64,000 nt of DNA from Callorhinchus milii (taxonomy: Eukaryota). Positions 37,430 to 49,954 of this stretch are shown here, piece after piece. The notes beneath the pieces were generated by a model, which had not been told where the DNA came from, did no database searches, and saw only the letters and a list, made by a program, of their open reading frames with translations. Numbering within the stretch: position 1 is the stretch's first letter; every line of letters begins with the position of its first letter. The stretch lies in NCBI RefSeq assembly GCF_018977255.1, contig NW_024704742.1:75642001-75706000 (forward strand), in the 5' to 3' direction. The position numbers and the translations under genes are program-made.

Positions 37430-37610
37430 TTTTTAACTGTGACGTCACGCCGACGTCACTTTGTGAATCGCGCCGCCCCGTCACTTCCATCCCCTCCCCC
37501 CTGCGCTCTCCTACCTCCGCTCCCGATTGAGTGGCTCCTCACTTGGCTGTGCTTTATATACACAGCTAGGCCTCGGCTCCGCCCCGCGCTCTCCTACCTC
37601 CGCTCCCGAT
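37430..37610 (-). promoter_or_regulatory. CpG-rich Pol II promoter-like block at the 5' end of the long L2
   Basis: Minus-strand GC box GGGGCGGAG (37585-37577), TATATAAAG (37560-37552), full CRE TGACGTCA (37440-37447) and near-CRE (37451-37458). Confidence 0.5.
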
Positions 37611-37624
37611 ATTACCTCCTAGCT

Positions 37625-37872
37625 CTGCTCCCGCCACTATTGGCGGCCATGCTTTCAGCCACTGTGCCCCAAGACTCTGAAACTCCCTACCTCAATCCCG
37701 CTGCCTTATACTCTCTTTGCCCATCTTCAGATCGCTCCAGAACAGCTTCCTCTTCAACCGTGCTTGCAGTCACCACTCATATCTCCCCAGCTCGGTGTCA
37801 AACTCTGTCATTGTTAAGCATTCCAAAACTCTACCAACGTAAAGGGCACTATAAAAATGCAAGTTGTTGTTA
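37625..37872 (+). mobile_element. L2 3' fragment
   Basis: ATTGGCGGCCATGCTTTCAGCC...AAATGCAAGTTGTTGTT. Confidence 0.8.
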
Positions 37873-40800
37873 TTTGATCAGAAATGACTATGTGTCCCTT
37901 TCCTGGTTAAGGAATTTTAAAAATCCAGGATAGTTCTAAAATGCCCAGATGCAGCAGAAACAACTGGACACCGTGACTCAGTAACCCACTAAGTCAATTG
38001 CACATATTTTACATTACCCCAGCCTTGGCATTTTAGTTGTAGGAGATCATGTGTGTTTCGCTTCATGGACAGTTTGGAGGCCCACAATTTCTCAGTTTTA
38101 ATTTTAATACAACCACTTCTATTTATATAGTACCCTTCTCGCAGGAGAGAGTGTCAGAGCGCTGAACAGTAGATGGGTTAGATGCCGAGAAAAGAGTAGG
38201 GAAAGGTGACCATAGGTGCAGTCGAAGTGGTCTGTCTTTAAAGAAAAATAAAGAGGAGGGCTGAGACCAAAGGATTGAGGCGGGGAGTTCCAGAGGTTAG
38301 GGGTGTAAACCCACTGCTTTAAAATGTAAGGTTATGTAGTATTTTGGAAAATTCTTAATTTCAGTCTTCATTTGGAGGCCTCTTTTTGGCAATCCAGGTT
38401 GCCCTAAATTTGGATGTTCCCTTTGTATTTTATAAGTCCAATTTGTTGCGTGGGAGGCTTTCTAACTGAAGCTGAGACAGAATAATCGTGTTTGCATTCA
38501 CAACACAGTCAACACAATGTCAGAATGAAATCTGCATGCAGCTGTGGTCACAGCTCAACCTCACATAATTAGATAGAACTGAATCATTACAACTTGCGTT
38601 GGTGAAAATGACAATTGGATTCCTGTTAGTTGTATCTTCTTCACCTTATAGGACAGTTAATCTTCAATGCTATTAAATATGTGTGAACCTTTGTTGTTGC
38701 TGTTAATTGAGTTTCTTCTTATTTATATATGGGTTTAGCTAATGCATACTTTGTGAATGATTGAAAACAAAGTACGATCAGTGGACTGTATGTTTGGGCC
38801 ATTATATTTTTGTAGTCAATATATGGTCAGAGTGGTTTTGATGGTTTCTTACTGAAACATTGCATTATCATTTGTGGGACATTGCTGTGTGAAAATTGGC
38901 TGCAGTGTTTGCCTATAAAATATAGTAACTACACTTTACAATAAATCCTGTGAAGAGCTTATATGCAAGGATTATATTCTACCATCGACTGATATCACTT
39001 TGGTTTTAAACCATTTACAAAGTACTTATTGGGTACATATCTGCGTCACCATCAGTGCCTTTAGCTGCTACACCTCTAACCTCTGGAATTCCCTCCCTTG
39101 ATACCTTTGTCTCAACCCCTCTATATCGGTCATTAAATACCACCTAAAAATCTATCTATTTGATTGTGCCTATAGTCACCTCCCCTGCCCCCTACCCATT
39201 CTCCCTTCTATGATGTTTGCTAATTTCTTTGTAGAGCGCTCCAAGATGTTACTTAAAGGGTGCTTTATAAATGCAAGTTCTTGTGGCTGTTATAACCTCA
39301 TACATAAACAGGATAAAATCAATTAATAGCAAAGGCAAAATGTTCACACGTACTTAATAGTATCGTGAATTCTCTAAAGCATGCCTCACCGGGCTTCCTA
39401 GTTCCACCATTCACATCTTCACCTGCACCAAACTCTGTATGCCCATCATCTCAGTCATCATTAGCTCACTGGATCCCAATGGATTGATTTCAAGGTCCTC
39501 ACACTCATCTTTCAGACTCTTCATGTCCAAGCACTTCCCTATTTAGGTGATCTTCTCCTACCCCATCTTTCAGTACCTAAACCCCTACCCACTGCAATCC
39601 CCTTCCTCTACCCCTTCATCCCTCCCTTTCTATATTGTCTTAAAATCCCACCTAAAAACTTTAGGACTGTGCAACCTGTGCAAATGCCTCGAGTGAATCA
39701 GGGTATTTGTGGATCCAGTGATAAATTTAAGGATTAACGATTTTTCCTGGTCTGATTTACATAAATTTCCACAAGCCTTTTCACGATCATACCATCATTA
39801 GTAGATTGGTGGATCGTTTTTCCAGGAGTAATAATCCCTTAAAAAAATTATAATTATTTGGTCACTCAATCCACAACTGTTTGTGGGACACTGCCATGAG
39901 CAATTGGTTGCTGCGTTTTGCCCCCCAAAATTAAGTCAATTCACTTCCCAAAATATTTTGTGAAGCATTTTGAGACGTCTCGAAGACATGATAAGGGGCT
40001 ATATCAAATGCAAGGATTATTATTATTTTATTTATTATTTTTATATATGTACAGATTTGACACCAGATTAAGTAGCTAGTGTTTAGTATCATTGTCTAGT
40101 AAAATGTAGGGGCCACAAAACCCAACCTTTGCACGGGGACCCCCACAAGGCAAACACCTTCACTACTTTGACCGTGCTTACAGTCACTTACCACCCCCCG
40201 CTTCCTCAGTGTCTGACCCCATCACTATGAAGCTCCCAAGATATTATCCTACCTGAAGGACACTGTGAAAGTACAAGTTGTCATTCTCTGTCCTAGATAC
40301 CTTTCATATTTAACATCTGTGCTATTTATGTGTTTTGTAGAGCGACCCTGTAGCATTTTTAGTCATATGTTTGTTCTGGCTACTTTGTGTGGTGTGTTTC
40401 TTTGTAAATCTAAACGTTCTGCACCACCTTCAAGAATGAACAGCTGCAGTCCGCCCATTTGTAATTTGTTGCATTGAGCCTCCCACACATTGCAATAACA
40501 TCCGCGATCAGCCAAGGAATGTAGATTTGTACCTACTCGGTACATTTTCCATCTGGCTCATTTTATTATAAGTTTATATCATTCACGGTCAGTTTTTCTC
40601 GCTTTATCTCACACTTTGTGGCAGTTGAACACTCCAAAAATATCTGCTGAAGGGTTTCACCCACCCCATCACCTTCCCCAATTTCTCTCATTATGCATTT
40701 TGCTTCTTGGTTAGACCATGTACCATGATTCTTTGTGAGACATTGCTGTGCGCAAATTGGCTGCCACATTCACCCACAAAATGCACACAGTCACACCATT

Positions 40801-41012
40801 ATATACTAAAATCCTGCGAAGCACTGTGACATGTCTCAATGGCATGTTAAGGCACTATATCAAATCCAAGGAGTATTATTATTTTATTATTCGTTGTTTG
40901 ACAATGTACTGACATACAACTTTGATCCAACAATGTTATTGAAAAGATTGAATTCTGTGACCCCCCCACACCCCCTCCCCACACCTCACAAATGGCCCAG
41001 TGGATAAGACAA

Positions 41013-41373
41013 CATAATAACAATTCTTGCATTTGATATCACACGGCTTTGAGACGTCTCAAAGCGCTTCACATAATATACTGTAAAGTGTAATGACTGT
41101 ATTTTGTGGGCAAAACACGGCAGCCAATTGCACACAGCAGTGTCCCACATTCAGTCATGGATTAAGTGACCAAATTATTTTTTTTGAGGGATTATTATCA
41201 AAATAATAATTTTGCAAAACAAAAAACAATACACCAATTGAATAACAACCAGGTTCCTATTAACTCCTTGGTAAACAGAGGCATGCGTAGTAAGGAAACA
41301 TAAGGTTTCGCCCTGCCGGGGAATCTAACTCGCTTGTGAGGCAAGTGCTCCAACCACTACGCTACAGGATTCC
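41013..41373 (-). mobile_element. Older, longer subfamily tRNA-derived SINE
   Basis: Contains the extra GCCTCTGTTTACC...ATAGGAACCTGGTTGTTA segment. Confidence 0.85.
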
Positions 41374-41424
41374 ACAAGGGTAAAGAAATCCTCTTATATA
41401 GTATTGAATATAAGAATAGCACAG

Positions 41425-41585
41425 AATCCAGTCCTGGGGCTTTGCAGAGTTAGTGGATATCAGGGCAGAAGTTGGAAAGCTAACAATGGCCTCAATGTCT
41501 CTGGGTTAAAGATGGAAAGATCAGATCAAAACTATTTTACCACGCTGCTAACTATGATTGCTATCAAGAGACCCCAGCTGGACAG
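41425..41585 (+). mobile_element. Ancient SINE central fragment, AmnSINE2-like
   Basis: GCAGAGTTAG..GATATCAG...AATGGCCTCAATGTCTCTGGGTTA...TGATTGCTATC.AG.GACCCC.GCTGGA. Family name from memory. Confidence 0.55.
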
Positions 41586-41773
41586 TTGCTTGCGCTAAGA
41601 CACTCTTTTGCTTGCTTGCTTCCCACGTCTATTCGCTCCAATCTTGTCTTAAAGGAAAAGTACCTCACTTTTTTAAAAAGTTTTGAAAGGTCGCCATCTG
41701 CTGCTCAGATCTACTTAGTTCAAATAATTTTTGCAATCACATACCACATTTTAAGGCTTTTCTTTATAAATAA

Positions 41774-42100
41774 CTAGCTGTACCCGTTGCAGCTACCCTG
41801 GCAACCAGTTTCACTCAATCGGCCTTCTCTCTTTCGTCTGGCGTTTTTATTTGTCCTTGAAAGGCTACATCTTTATTTCTTAGGCATCTTTAGTCCTCAA
41901 CATTACGAAAATGTGCTATTGAACTTGTGAGCATCCCTTGTTCACATATTTCCACACATATCGTTTTGGGAGGACTCCTATTGGGAAGACGCAGTGGGAA
42001 GATTCAGTGGGAGGACTCCTGTGGGAGGACTCCTGTTAGTGTCTCTATTTCAAACGGTTAGACAGACACACAGACATTTTGTCTTTATTATAAATGTATC
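41774..42100 (-). mobile_element. Non-autonomous Helitron-like element
   Basis: Minus-strand 3' end GTTGC..GCAAC hairpin + GGGTACAG + CTAG|T; 5' part TATAATAAAGACAAAATGTCTGTGTGTCTGTC; same terminus as 60015-60824. Confidence 0.65.
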
Positions 42101-42379
42101 TCTCTAGAAGGGTGTGTGCTCAGGTGGAATTTCTACCTTTCTGTACATATAGAGGCCGTGAGCAACAATACAATGTCTATCAAACTACAAGATTTAGCAA
42201 CATTGAGTGTGCTGTGGCAGCCGTATAATGTCCTGTGTCAGTGTCAGTGTACAGTGTGTCAGTACTAGTGTACAGTGCTGTGTCAGTATTCAGCGTAGTG
42301 CTGTGTCAATATTAGTGTACAGTACTAAAATAATAATAATTATTGCATTTGATATAGCGCCTTACCACATCTTTGAAAC

Positions 42380-43125
42380 AAGAACAAAATTACATTTGTA
42401 TAGCGCCTTTGACATCAGGAGGATGTCCCAAGGTGCTGGACAGTCAGTGTTTCAGACCCGAGCTGGGGGGTCAGGATTGGGGAAGGTGGAGGGCAGGGGG
42501 GAAGCAGGGAAATCAAAAGCACGGTCGAAGAGGAGGGTCTTGAGATGGGTCTTGAAGGAGGCAAGGGAGGAGGCGAGGTGGAGGGACTACGGGATGGAAT
42601 TCCAGAGAATGGGGGCAGAGTGGCAGAAGGCCCACCTGTTAGTGGTGGGGTGGGCGAGGCAGGAGATTTGAAGCAGGCCAGAGCCCACTGAGCTGAGGGA
42701 GCAGCAAGGATGGTAGGGGGTTAGGAGGTCGCAGAGGTAGGGGGGAGCGAGGCCATGGGGGGCTTTGAAGGTGAGGACCAGGATCTTGAATTGTATCCTC
42801 TGTGTGATGGGAAGCCAGTGGAGTCGGGCGAGGATGGGGGTGATAGGGTCGCAGAGCCTAGTGTGGGAGAGGACATGGGCTGCAGAGTTCTGGATGATCT
42901 GCAGCCTATGGAGGGAGGAGTTGGGGAGGCCAACAAGCAGAGAGTTTGCACAGTCAAGCCTCAATGTTATGAATGCGTGTATGAGGGACTCGGTGGCCTG
43001 TGGTGTGAGACAGTGGCGGAGCCGGGCTATGTTATGGAGGTGGGGTAAAGCAGAGCGGGTCATGGCATGGATGTGGGGTAGAGAGGATAGTTGAGGGTCA
43101 AACGAGATGCCAAGGTTCCAGACTG
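42380..43125 (-). mobile_element. L2 3' fragment
   Basis: LIHAFITLRLDCANSLLVGLP...LHWLPITQRIQFKILVLTFKA; L2 tail. Confidence 0.9.
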
Positions 43126-43149
43126 ACTTAATAAGGTGGAGTTTGCATC

Positions 43150-43445
43150 TTAGTAAGGTGGAGATGTCACGAAACGCTTCAGAGAATATTCTGTAAAGTG
43201 AATTGACTGTATATTTTGTGGGCAAATCGCAGCAACCAATTGCGCACAGCAGTGTACCTCAAACAACTGTGGATTGAGTGACCAAATTACCATTATTATT
43301 TTTTTTTGAAGGGATTATTACCCTCGGAAAAGCGATCCGCCAATTGACTAACAACCAGGTTCCTACTAGCTGCTGGGTAAACAGAGGCATGTGGAGTAAG
43401 GAAACTTGCTTAATGTTTCACCCTGCCAGGAATCAAACCCAGTGC
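43150..43445 (-). mobile_element. Older-subfamily SINE, head partly lost
   Basis: Extra central segment and shared body. Confidence 0.8.
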
Positions 43446-44804
43446 TCATAAATTCCTCCAGATGATTTCACTGTGCAATGTTCCGAGATGCTATCCTGCG
43501 TGAATGGAAACAATGGAACTTGTTTTGGGAGAATTTCAGCCAGTAAGGCAATGAACTCACAACAAACAATTACTGTGCACAGTGAACTGTGATGGGACCA
43601 CATTTAAAAAAATAATAAATTGGACATTCAATCTACAACTGCTTGTGGGACACTGCTGTACGCAATTGGCTGCCGCATTTCGCCCACAAAATATACAATC
43701 AATTCACTTTACAGTATATTCTGTGAAGCACTTTGAGACGTCTTGAAGATTTCATAAGGCAATATATCAAATGCAAGGATTATTTTTATTATATATAGTA
43801 CGTGGAATAGAGACATCTGGCTGGTCCCAAGTTCAGGGATCCTCCCTCCGAAGGTCCCATTATATCAATCACACAGAATCACTGATGTTTTGACTCTTAA
43901 GATGAGGCTCAGAGAGGGGGAGGTAAACAAGCTGGAAGCACAATTATCCAGAGGTGATTGTTAACCACTCAACATGGTAAGGTGGGCATTCTGATAGGAT
44001 AAGATCAAATATGCCGAAAGGCTTTCTTCATCGAAACCGATCTTGTGATCTTCTTACATCGTCTGCAAGGCTTGAATTTCATGTGCAGATGCTGTTACAG
44101 GACAGGATGATAGGCAAGGAGTAGTGGAAAATTGTAAGAGTCAATAAAAGTCAGGTGATCGGCTCAGCCCTTGATCCTAAATGCAGCCTTTCACCCTGAC
44201 CACCCCTCTCCTCTCCCGTTGCTTTTATTAATGCATGCGAGCAGCTTGTCCATATGTCTTGGCTCACTTTAACCACTGTGTGGAGCTGTGCATTGCTTTG
44301 CATTCTCTGTCTGACGCTCTGATGGGTAAAGATCTCACATGCAGATACATACCCACATAAGATATAGGTTGACTATATTTTGTAAACCAAATCCCAGGAT
44401 ACATACAAATAAAATTGAACTCAGCACAATTCCTGATGCTGGTAGTACTGGAGAAGCTTGTTGGATTAATGGCTGTATTTCTGTCTCTGATGAGTGTATA
44501 AGTGCTGTGGGATATCTTGAAGACATAAGGTGCTATATAAAAGGTAAGGATTATTATTATCTGTTTTGAATTTTATTTTTCTTGCTCAAGACAGATTTGG
44601 CCAGGGACATAACACCTCATCTGGGGACCATAACCAGAAATTGGGGATGTTTGGTCATCCTAACTGGACCTTCTTTGATGTCTCTTTTCATGGTTACAGA
44701 ACTCTGTAGTTTGCCCAGTTTTTCCCTATAGCATTTGATTAGGTAATTAGGAACCAGTGAAAAGAATTACAGAATTGCTAAGAAGAACTGGACTCTTCTA
44801 CGAA

Positions 44805-45665
44805 ACAACAAAAAAAATTGCATTTATATAGCGCCTTTCACATTGGAAGGATGTCCCAAGGCGCTGGACAATCAGTGTTTCGGACCCAAGATGGAGGTTG
44901 GGATCAGGGGTTGGAGGGCGGGATTAGGGGTTGGAGGGCAGTGGGGGAAGGAGGGTGATGGTCGAAGAGAAGGGTCTTGAGGTGGGTCGGGAAGAAGGCA
45001 AGGGAGGGGGCAAGGTGGAGGGATTGCGGGATGGAGTTCCATAGGGTGGGAGCAGAGTGACTGAAGGCCTGCCCACTAATGGTGGGGCAGGCGAGGCGGG
45101 GGATGTGAAGCAGCCCGGAGCCCGCTAAGCGGAGGGAGCGGGCAGGTTGGCAGGAAGCTAGGAGGTCGCATAGGTAGTGGGGAGCAAAACCATGGAGGCT
45201 TTGAAAGTGAGAACCAAAATGTTGAACTGTATCCTGTGTGATAGGAAGCCAGTGGAGTCAGGTGAGGATGGGGCTGATAAGGTCATAGAGCCTGGTGCGA
45301 GAGAGGACACAGGCTGCAGAGTTCTGAATGATCTGCAGCCTATGGAGGGAGGAGTTGGAGAGGCCAACAAGCAGGGAGTTTGCATAGTTGAGCCTGGATG
45401 TTATGAATGTATGTATGAGGGTCTCGGCGGCCTGCGGTGTGAGATAGTGGCGGAGCCGGGCAGTGTTGCTGAGGTGGGAAAGGCGGAGCGGGTCATGGCA
45501 CTGATGTGGGGTATGAAGGACAGTTGAGGGTTGAACAGGACTCCAAGGTTCTGTATTGGTTTCGTGAGATGTCAAGTGCATCAATGGAGGGAGTTGCTCT
45601 GAGCCCCCGAGGTATGGAGGTGCTGACGGGAGCCAAGCAGGAGCACCTTGGTCCAAATGATGTTG
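44805..45665 (-). mobile_element. L2 3' fragment
   Basis: TLIHTFITSRLNYANSLLVGL...LQIIQNSAA; L2 tail. Confidence 0.9.
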
Positions 45666-46244
45666 TAATGGGAAGACAGTAGGGTGAATAATAATAATAA
45701 TCCCTGCATTTTACACATCTTGTTACATTGATGTTGCATATTAAAGCACTTGACAAATTTTACTGTAAAGTGCAGTGTCTGTATGTTGGAGGTGTACGTG
45801 ACAGTCAATGTGCACACAGCAATGTCCTACAAATAGCCATGAAATGAATGACCAGTTTTATCTGGGGGATTGTTGGCCAGGACACTGGGAGAAACTCCCT
45901 TCTCTTTTTGAGAAGTGCCATGCTCATCATCTCTTCTGATCTTAAAGAGATCTGCAATATCACATGTTTGCCCACAAAACAGACACTCCACTTCAAAATA
46001 CATCCTGTGAAGTGCTCTTGAAGTGAAAGGTCATATATATCAAAAGTAAAGATTATTATTATTATCATCAATTAACCACCGTTTCTCAACTGATTCCTCA
46101 CTTCATGGCTGTTTGTGTGACATTGTTGTTGCTGTGTGCAAATTAGATGCTGGATTTGCCCACAAAAAAGTGCAGTCAATAATCTACATCATAATCATTT
46201 TATAATCTACTCTGTGAAGCGCTTTGAGACATCTCAACAATGTG

Positions 46245-46680
46245 GGTTGGAGGGCAGTGGGGTAAGGAGGATGACAGTCGAACAGGAGAGTCTTGAGATG
46301 GGTCTTGAAGGAGGCAAGGGAGGGGGTGAGGCGGAGGGACTGTGGGATGGAGTTCCATAGGGTGGGAGCAGAGTGACTGAAGACCCACCTGCCAATGATG
46401 GGGCGGGCGAGGCGAGGGATGTGAAGCAGCCCGGAGCCTGCTAAGTGAAGGAAGCGGGCAGGTTGGTAGGGAGTTAGGAGGTCGCAGAGGTAGTGGGGAG
46501 CAAGACCATGGAGAGCTTTGAAAGTGAGAACCAGGATGGTTGAACTGTATCCTGTGTGATGGGAAGCCACTAGAGTCGGGCAAGGATGAGGCTAATAAGG
46601 TCATGGAGCCTGGTGTGGGAGAGGACACAGGCTGCAGAGTTCTGAATGATTTGCAGCCTATGGAGGGAGGAGTTTGGGAG
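46245..46680 (-). mobile_element. Tail-less L2 segment, probable local duplicate of about 44928-45360
   Basis: Shares diagnostic variants with the 45-kb copy; bracketed by a 19-bp inverted repeat. Confidence 0.75.
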
Positions 46681-47345
46681 CTCCACATCGTTGAGACGTC
46701 TTGCGCTCGTTCTCAATGAATCACACCAGTTCTAGCCAGGCTCCACCGGCTCCATATCACTGAACAGATTGATTTCAAGATCCTCATGCTCATCATCAAA
46801 TCCCTTCATCCCCTGGTACCTCCCTACCGCTCTGACTTGCTTACTCCCCAACCCACTACTTCCACTCGATTGGTTCCAGCCTCCTGCTTGTCGCTCGTGC
46901 CCTCTGTTCCACCGTTGGCGGCCGCACTTTCAGACACTACGGTCAGAGACTCTGGAACACTCTTCCTCTATCCCTCTTCTTGCCCCCTCCTTCCCCATCT
47001 TCAGGTTATGCCTGAAGACCTTCCTCTTCGACCATGTTTACGGTCATCTCCCACTGGCTCAGAGTCGTGCTCTCCCACTGACAAGTGCCCTGGGGCGCTA
47101 CCCTTCATGAAGGGTGCCATATAAATGCAAAATTGTTGTTGATGCAACCTGAACCACACTTGATTTGACATCCTGATCAAACGGTTCTCTGAACACATTC
47201 CTGCCAGGAGACAGTGAGATCAAGAATCTTAACTTTATGTTATATTTAACTATAAACTGCTGTATAACTTTCTCCCATTTACACTTTACAAAATATTTAT
47301 GTAAAGTGGGTGGAATTTTCATTGAAATAGATTTTAAAAATCTGT

Positions 47346-47554
47346 GGTCTGAAATTTCTCATGGTCTTAGCCGTAAGACCATTATTATAAGCTAGGTTAT
47401 GCAGAATTTAGGATAATTATTATTATTAATTTGGAATTACAGAAAATTGTCTTCCAAATTAAGACTGAATTTACACAGTTTCCCAAATTCTGTATGATCT
47501 TAAAATTAAATTTAAATTGGTCTTAAAGCATTAAGACTACGAGAACTTTGGGGC
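47346..47554. mobile_element. MITE-like fold-back element
   Basis: About 38-bp imperfect terminal inverted repeats and inner inverted arms. Confidence 0.55.
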
Positions 47555-47564
47555 TTCTGAAATC

Positions 47565-48080
47565 TGATTGTCAGAGGCTGTGGGTTTGAACCCCACATCG
47601 GGACTTTGAACTCAGTCAAGGCTGACAGTTCAATACAGTACTGCGAGACTATGCCTACGATCACCACCCCTCTCTCCCCATCTCGGTGTCAAGCTCTGCC
47701 ACTATTAAACGCTCTGAGACTCTGCCCTGCTTGAAAGGTGCCATATAAATACAAGTTGTCGCTGCATTGTTGAAGATCCTGTACTTCAGATGAGTCATTA
47801 TACCGGGATCCTGTCTGCCTGTTCAGGTGGACAATAAAGATCCCTTCACACGAGTCGAAAAGGAAGTTTCCCCTGGTCTCCTGGCCAACATTCCCCCAAA
47901 TAAAAAATTGTCCATTTACTTCATGACTGTATGTGGGACTTTGCTGTGCACAGATTGGCTGCCACATTTGCCTACAGATACACAGTTACACAATTACCAC
48001 ACTTCACAGTGAAAATCCTATCAAGTGCTCTTAGATGTCTTGACCATACGATAAGGTGCTATAGCAAATGTAACAACTAC
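47565..48080 (+). mobile_element. Deu-domain SINE interrupted by an L2 3' fragment (about 47649-47760)
   Basis: GGCTGACA...CAGTACTG | insert | GCTGCATTG...CAGATGAGTCATTA...AAAGATCCC...CCTGGCCAAC. Confidence 0.72.
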
Positions 48081-49344
48081 TGTAGAAGGTTGCAAAAGCA
48101 AAGTTTTATATATATATATATACAAGTTGTAGGGATATAGAGAAAAAGCAGGTAAATGGGATGGAATATATCGCGCTTTCAAAGAGCCAGCACAGACACA
48201 ATGGACTGAATGACCTGCTTCTTTTCTCCAAATTTTTCTATGGTTAATAATGATGCCAGAAATTGAATGCTGCTCCCAACACACCCACACTATTCTATCC
48301 CTTTTATTCTACTCCTGCACTTGCATTACTGATATTAAAAACATAGCAAAATGGTGAATTCAGTCTTAAATTTAAGATTGTTTTTCTGTCATTCTTAAAA
48401 GAAACTTACAGAAAAACAAATTAAAAATTAAGAATCTGTCAAATTCTGGGCACTCTAAAATCCTACATAAACAGAATGACCCTAGACCCAGGTGCACCCA
48501 GGTAGCCTCAAGTCAAGAACTAAGGCTGTGTATGAGGGTATGGCTAGAGTTTAACCAACGTAAAGTGTGTGGCTTTGCAATGGTTCTCACCCTTTAATGT
48601 ATACCCGCGTTATGTAAAGGACAAGGTGTACCAGGTGGCCTCTGTGTAGATTCTTCTCTGTGACATTCAAGTTCCCTCTCTATGTGAAAGTTCACTACAC
48701 AAGAATTAACACAACGTCAGGTAGTCCCATTGCTTTATAGTGTGACAATGGGATGCTTCAGTTAGTGTCCTTCCTTCACACTGCCAGACAGCTGACTTCT
48801 GCAATAACCTGTTTGTGTCTCTCCCTCCCTCCTTCAATTTAACAGACTCGAGATGCACTTTTTAGAAAACACAACCGTATTTTATTGGTCCTTGAAACCA
48901 TATGCCTCACTTACACTGCCTAATATAAGATAAATAGTTGCAACATTAAGAAATAGAAAAACACTGACACCATAACTATGACATTAGCAGCTTTCAAAGT
49001 TAATGGACAAAGAAAAAACAATCTTAACCTGAAGACAAGGCTCTCAGGTCAGGCACATACCTTGTTGATGACAATAAAGGCGAAGAGCGACCCCAAGTCT
49101 AATGAGCCCCTCATGTTTCATTCACTTCATGGCTGTTTGGCAAATTTACTGCCGCGTTCATCCGCAAAATACAACAACAACCCGCGTTTATATAACGCCC
49201 TTCACGCCGGATGGCGTTTCACAGCGCTTAAGAATTATCGTAAGACAATTATAGCCATCACACATTACAGTAAATCCTGTGAAGCGCTTCGAGACGCTTC
49301 CACGATGTGAGAGGCGCTGCACCAAATGGAAGAATTATGGTGCA

Positions 49345-49605
49345 TGCACAGCACAGTACAGCACAGCACAGTACAGCACAGTACAGTACAGTGCAGTACA
49401 GTACAGTACAGCACAGCACAGTACAGTACAGTACAGCACAGTACAGCACAGCACAATACAGCACAGCACAATACAGCACAGCACAGCACAGCACAATACA
49501 GCACAGCACAATACAGCACAGTACAGCACAGTACAGTACAGCACAGCACAGCACAGTACAGCACAGCACAGTACAGCACAGTACAGCACAGCACAGCACA
49601 GCACT
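49345..49605. repeat. Pentamer satellite (CAGCA/CAGTA)n
   Basis: Direct inspection. Confidence 0.95.
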
Positions 49606-49833
49606 CACACCACTTGCACTGCTCACTACAGTTCCCATAGTGCTGAGCATCAGACCTGAGCAGTCACAGGGGCGGACCAACAGCAAACTTCCCCAACTCT
49701 GGTATCTGCTGCTGGGTGTTTGGGAGGACATTGCTGTGAGTGTGTGAGAGTGTGTGTGTGTGGGGTGGTGTTGGCTGACCAGATGCAGCTCCTCTCTGGC
49801 TGAAGACCCCCTGTGAGAGGCACCGGCAGGAAG

Positions 49834-49901
49834 ATGAGCGTCTCCTCCATGGACTTGCTGTCTGATGCGGATTCTGAGGAGGACGAACTGTGCTCGTTGG
49901 A
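49834..49901 (+). CDS. Candidate short first coding exon of an unidentified plus-strand gene (MSVSSMDLLSDADSEEDELCSL...)
   Basis: AAGATGA start with A at -3, 22 open codons + 2 nt, then consensus donor GTGAGT at 49902. Lies in a unique GC/CpG-enriched island between two simple-repeat blocks. No downstream exon identified. Confidence 0.35.
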
Positions 49902-49954
49902 GTGAGTGCTGCGCTGTTAGCGACTGGCGAGGTTTGCCTCCCTCCCGGCTAGTG

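Noticed and set aside
37163..37933. 256-aa ORF with a hydrophobic LLLLLL stretch
   Set aside because: Composite of antisense L2 leader, a (TTG)n run and an L2 3' fragment.
48470..48945. Possible solo LTR (minus-strand TGTTG start, AATAAA)
   Set aside because: No matching CA end, TSD or second copy could be found.
49258..49747. Cys-rich CCAVL and STAQH repeat ORFs
   Set aside because: Artefacts of the (CAGCA/CAGTA)n pentamer satellite, which is open in nearly all frames.
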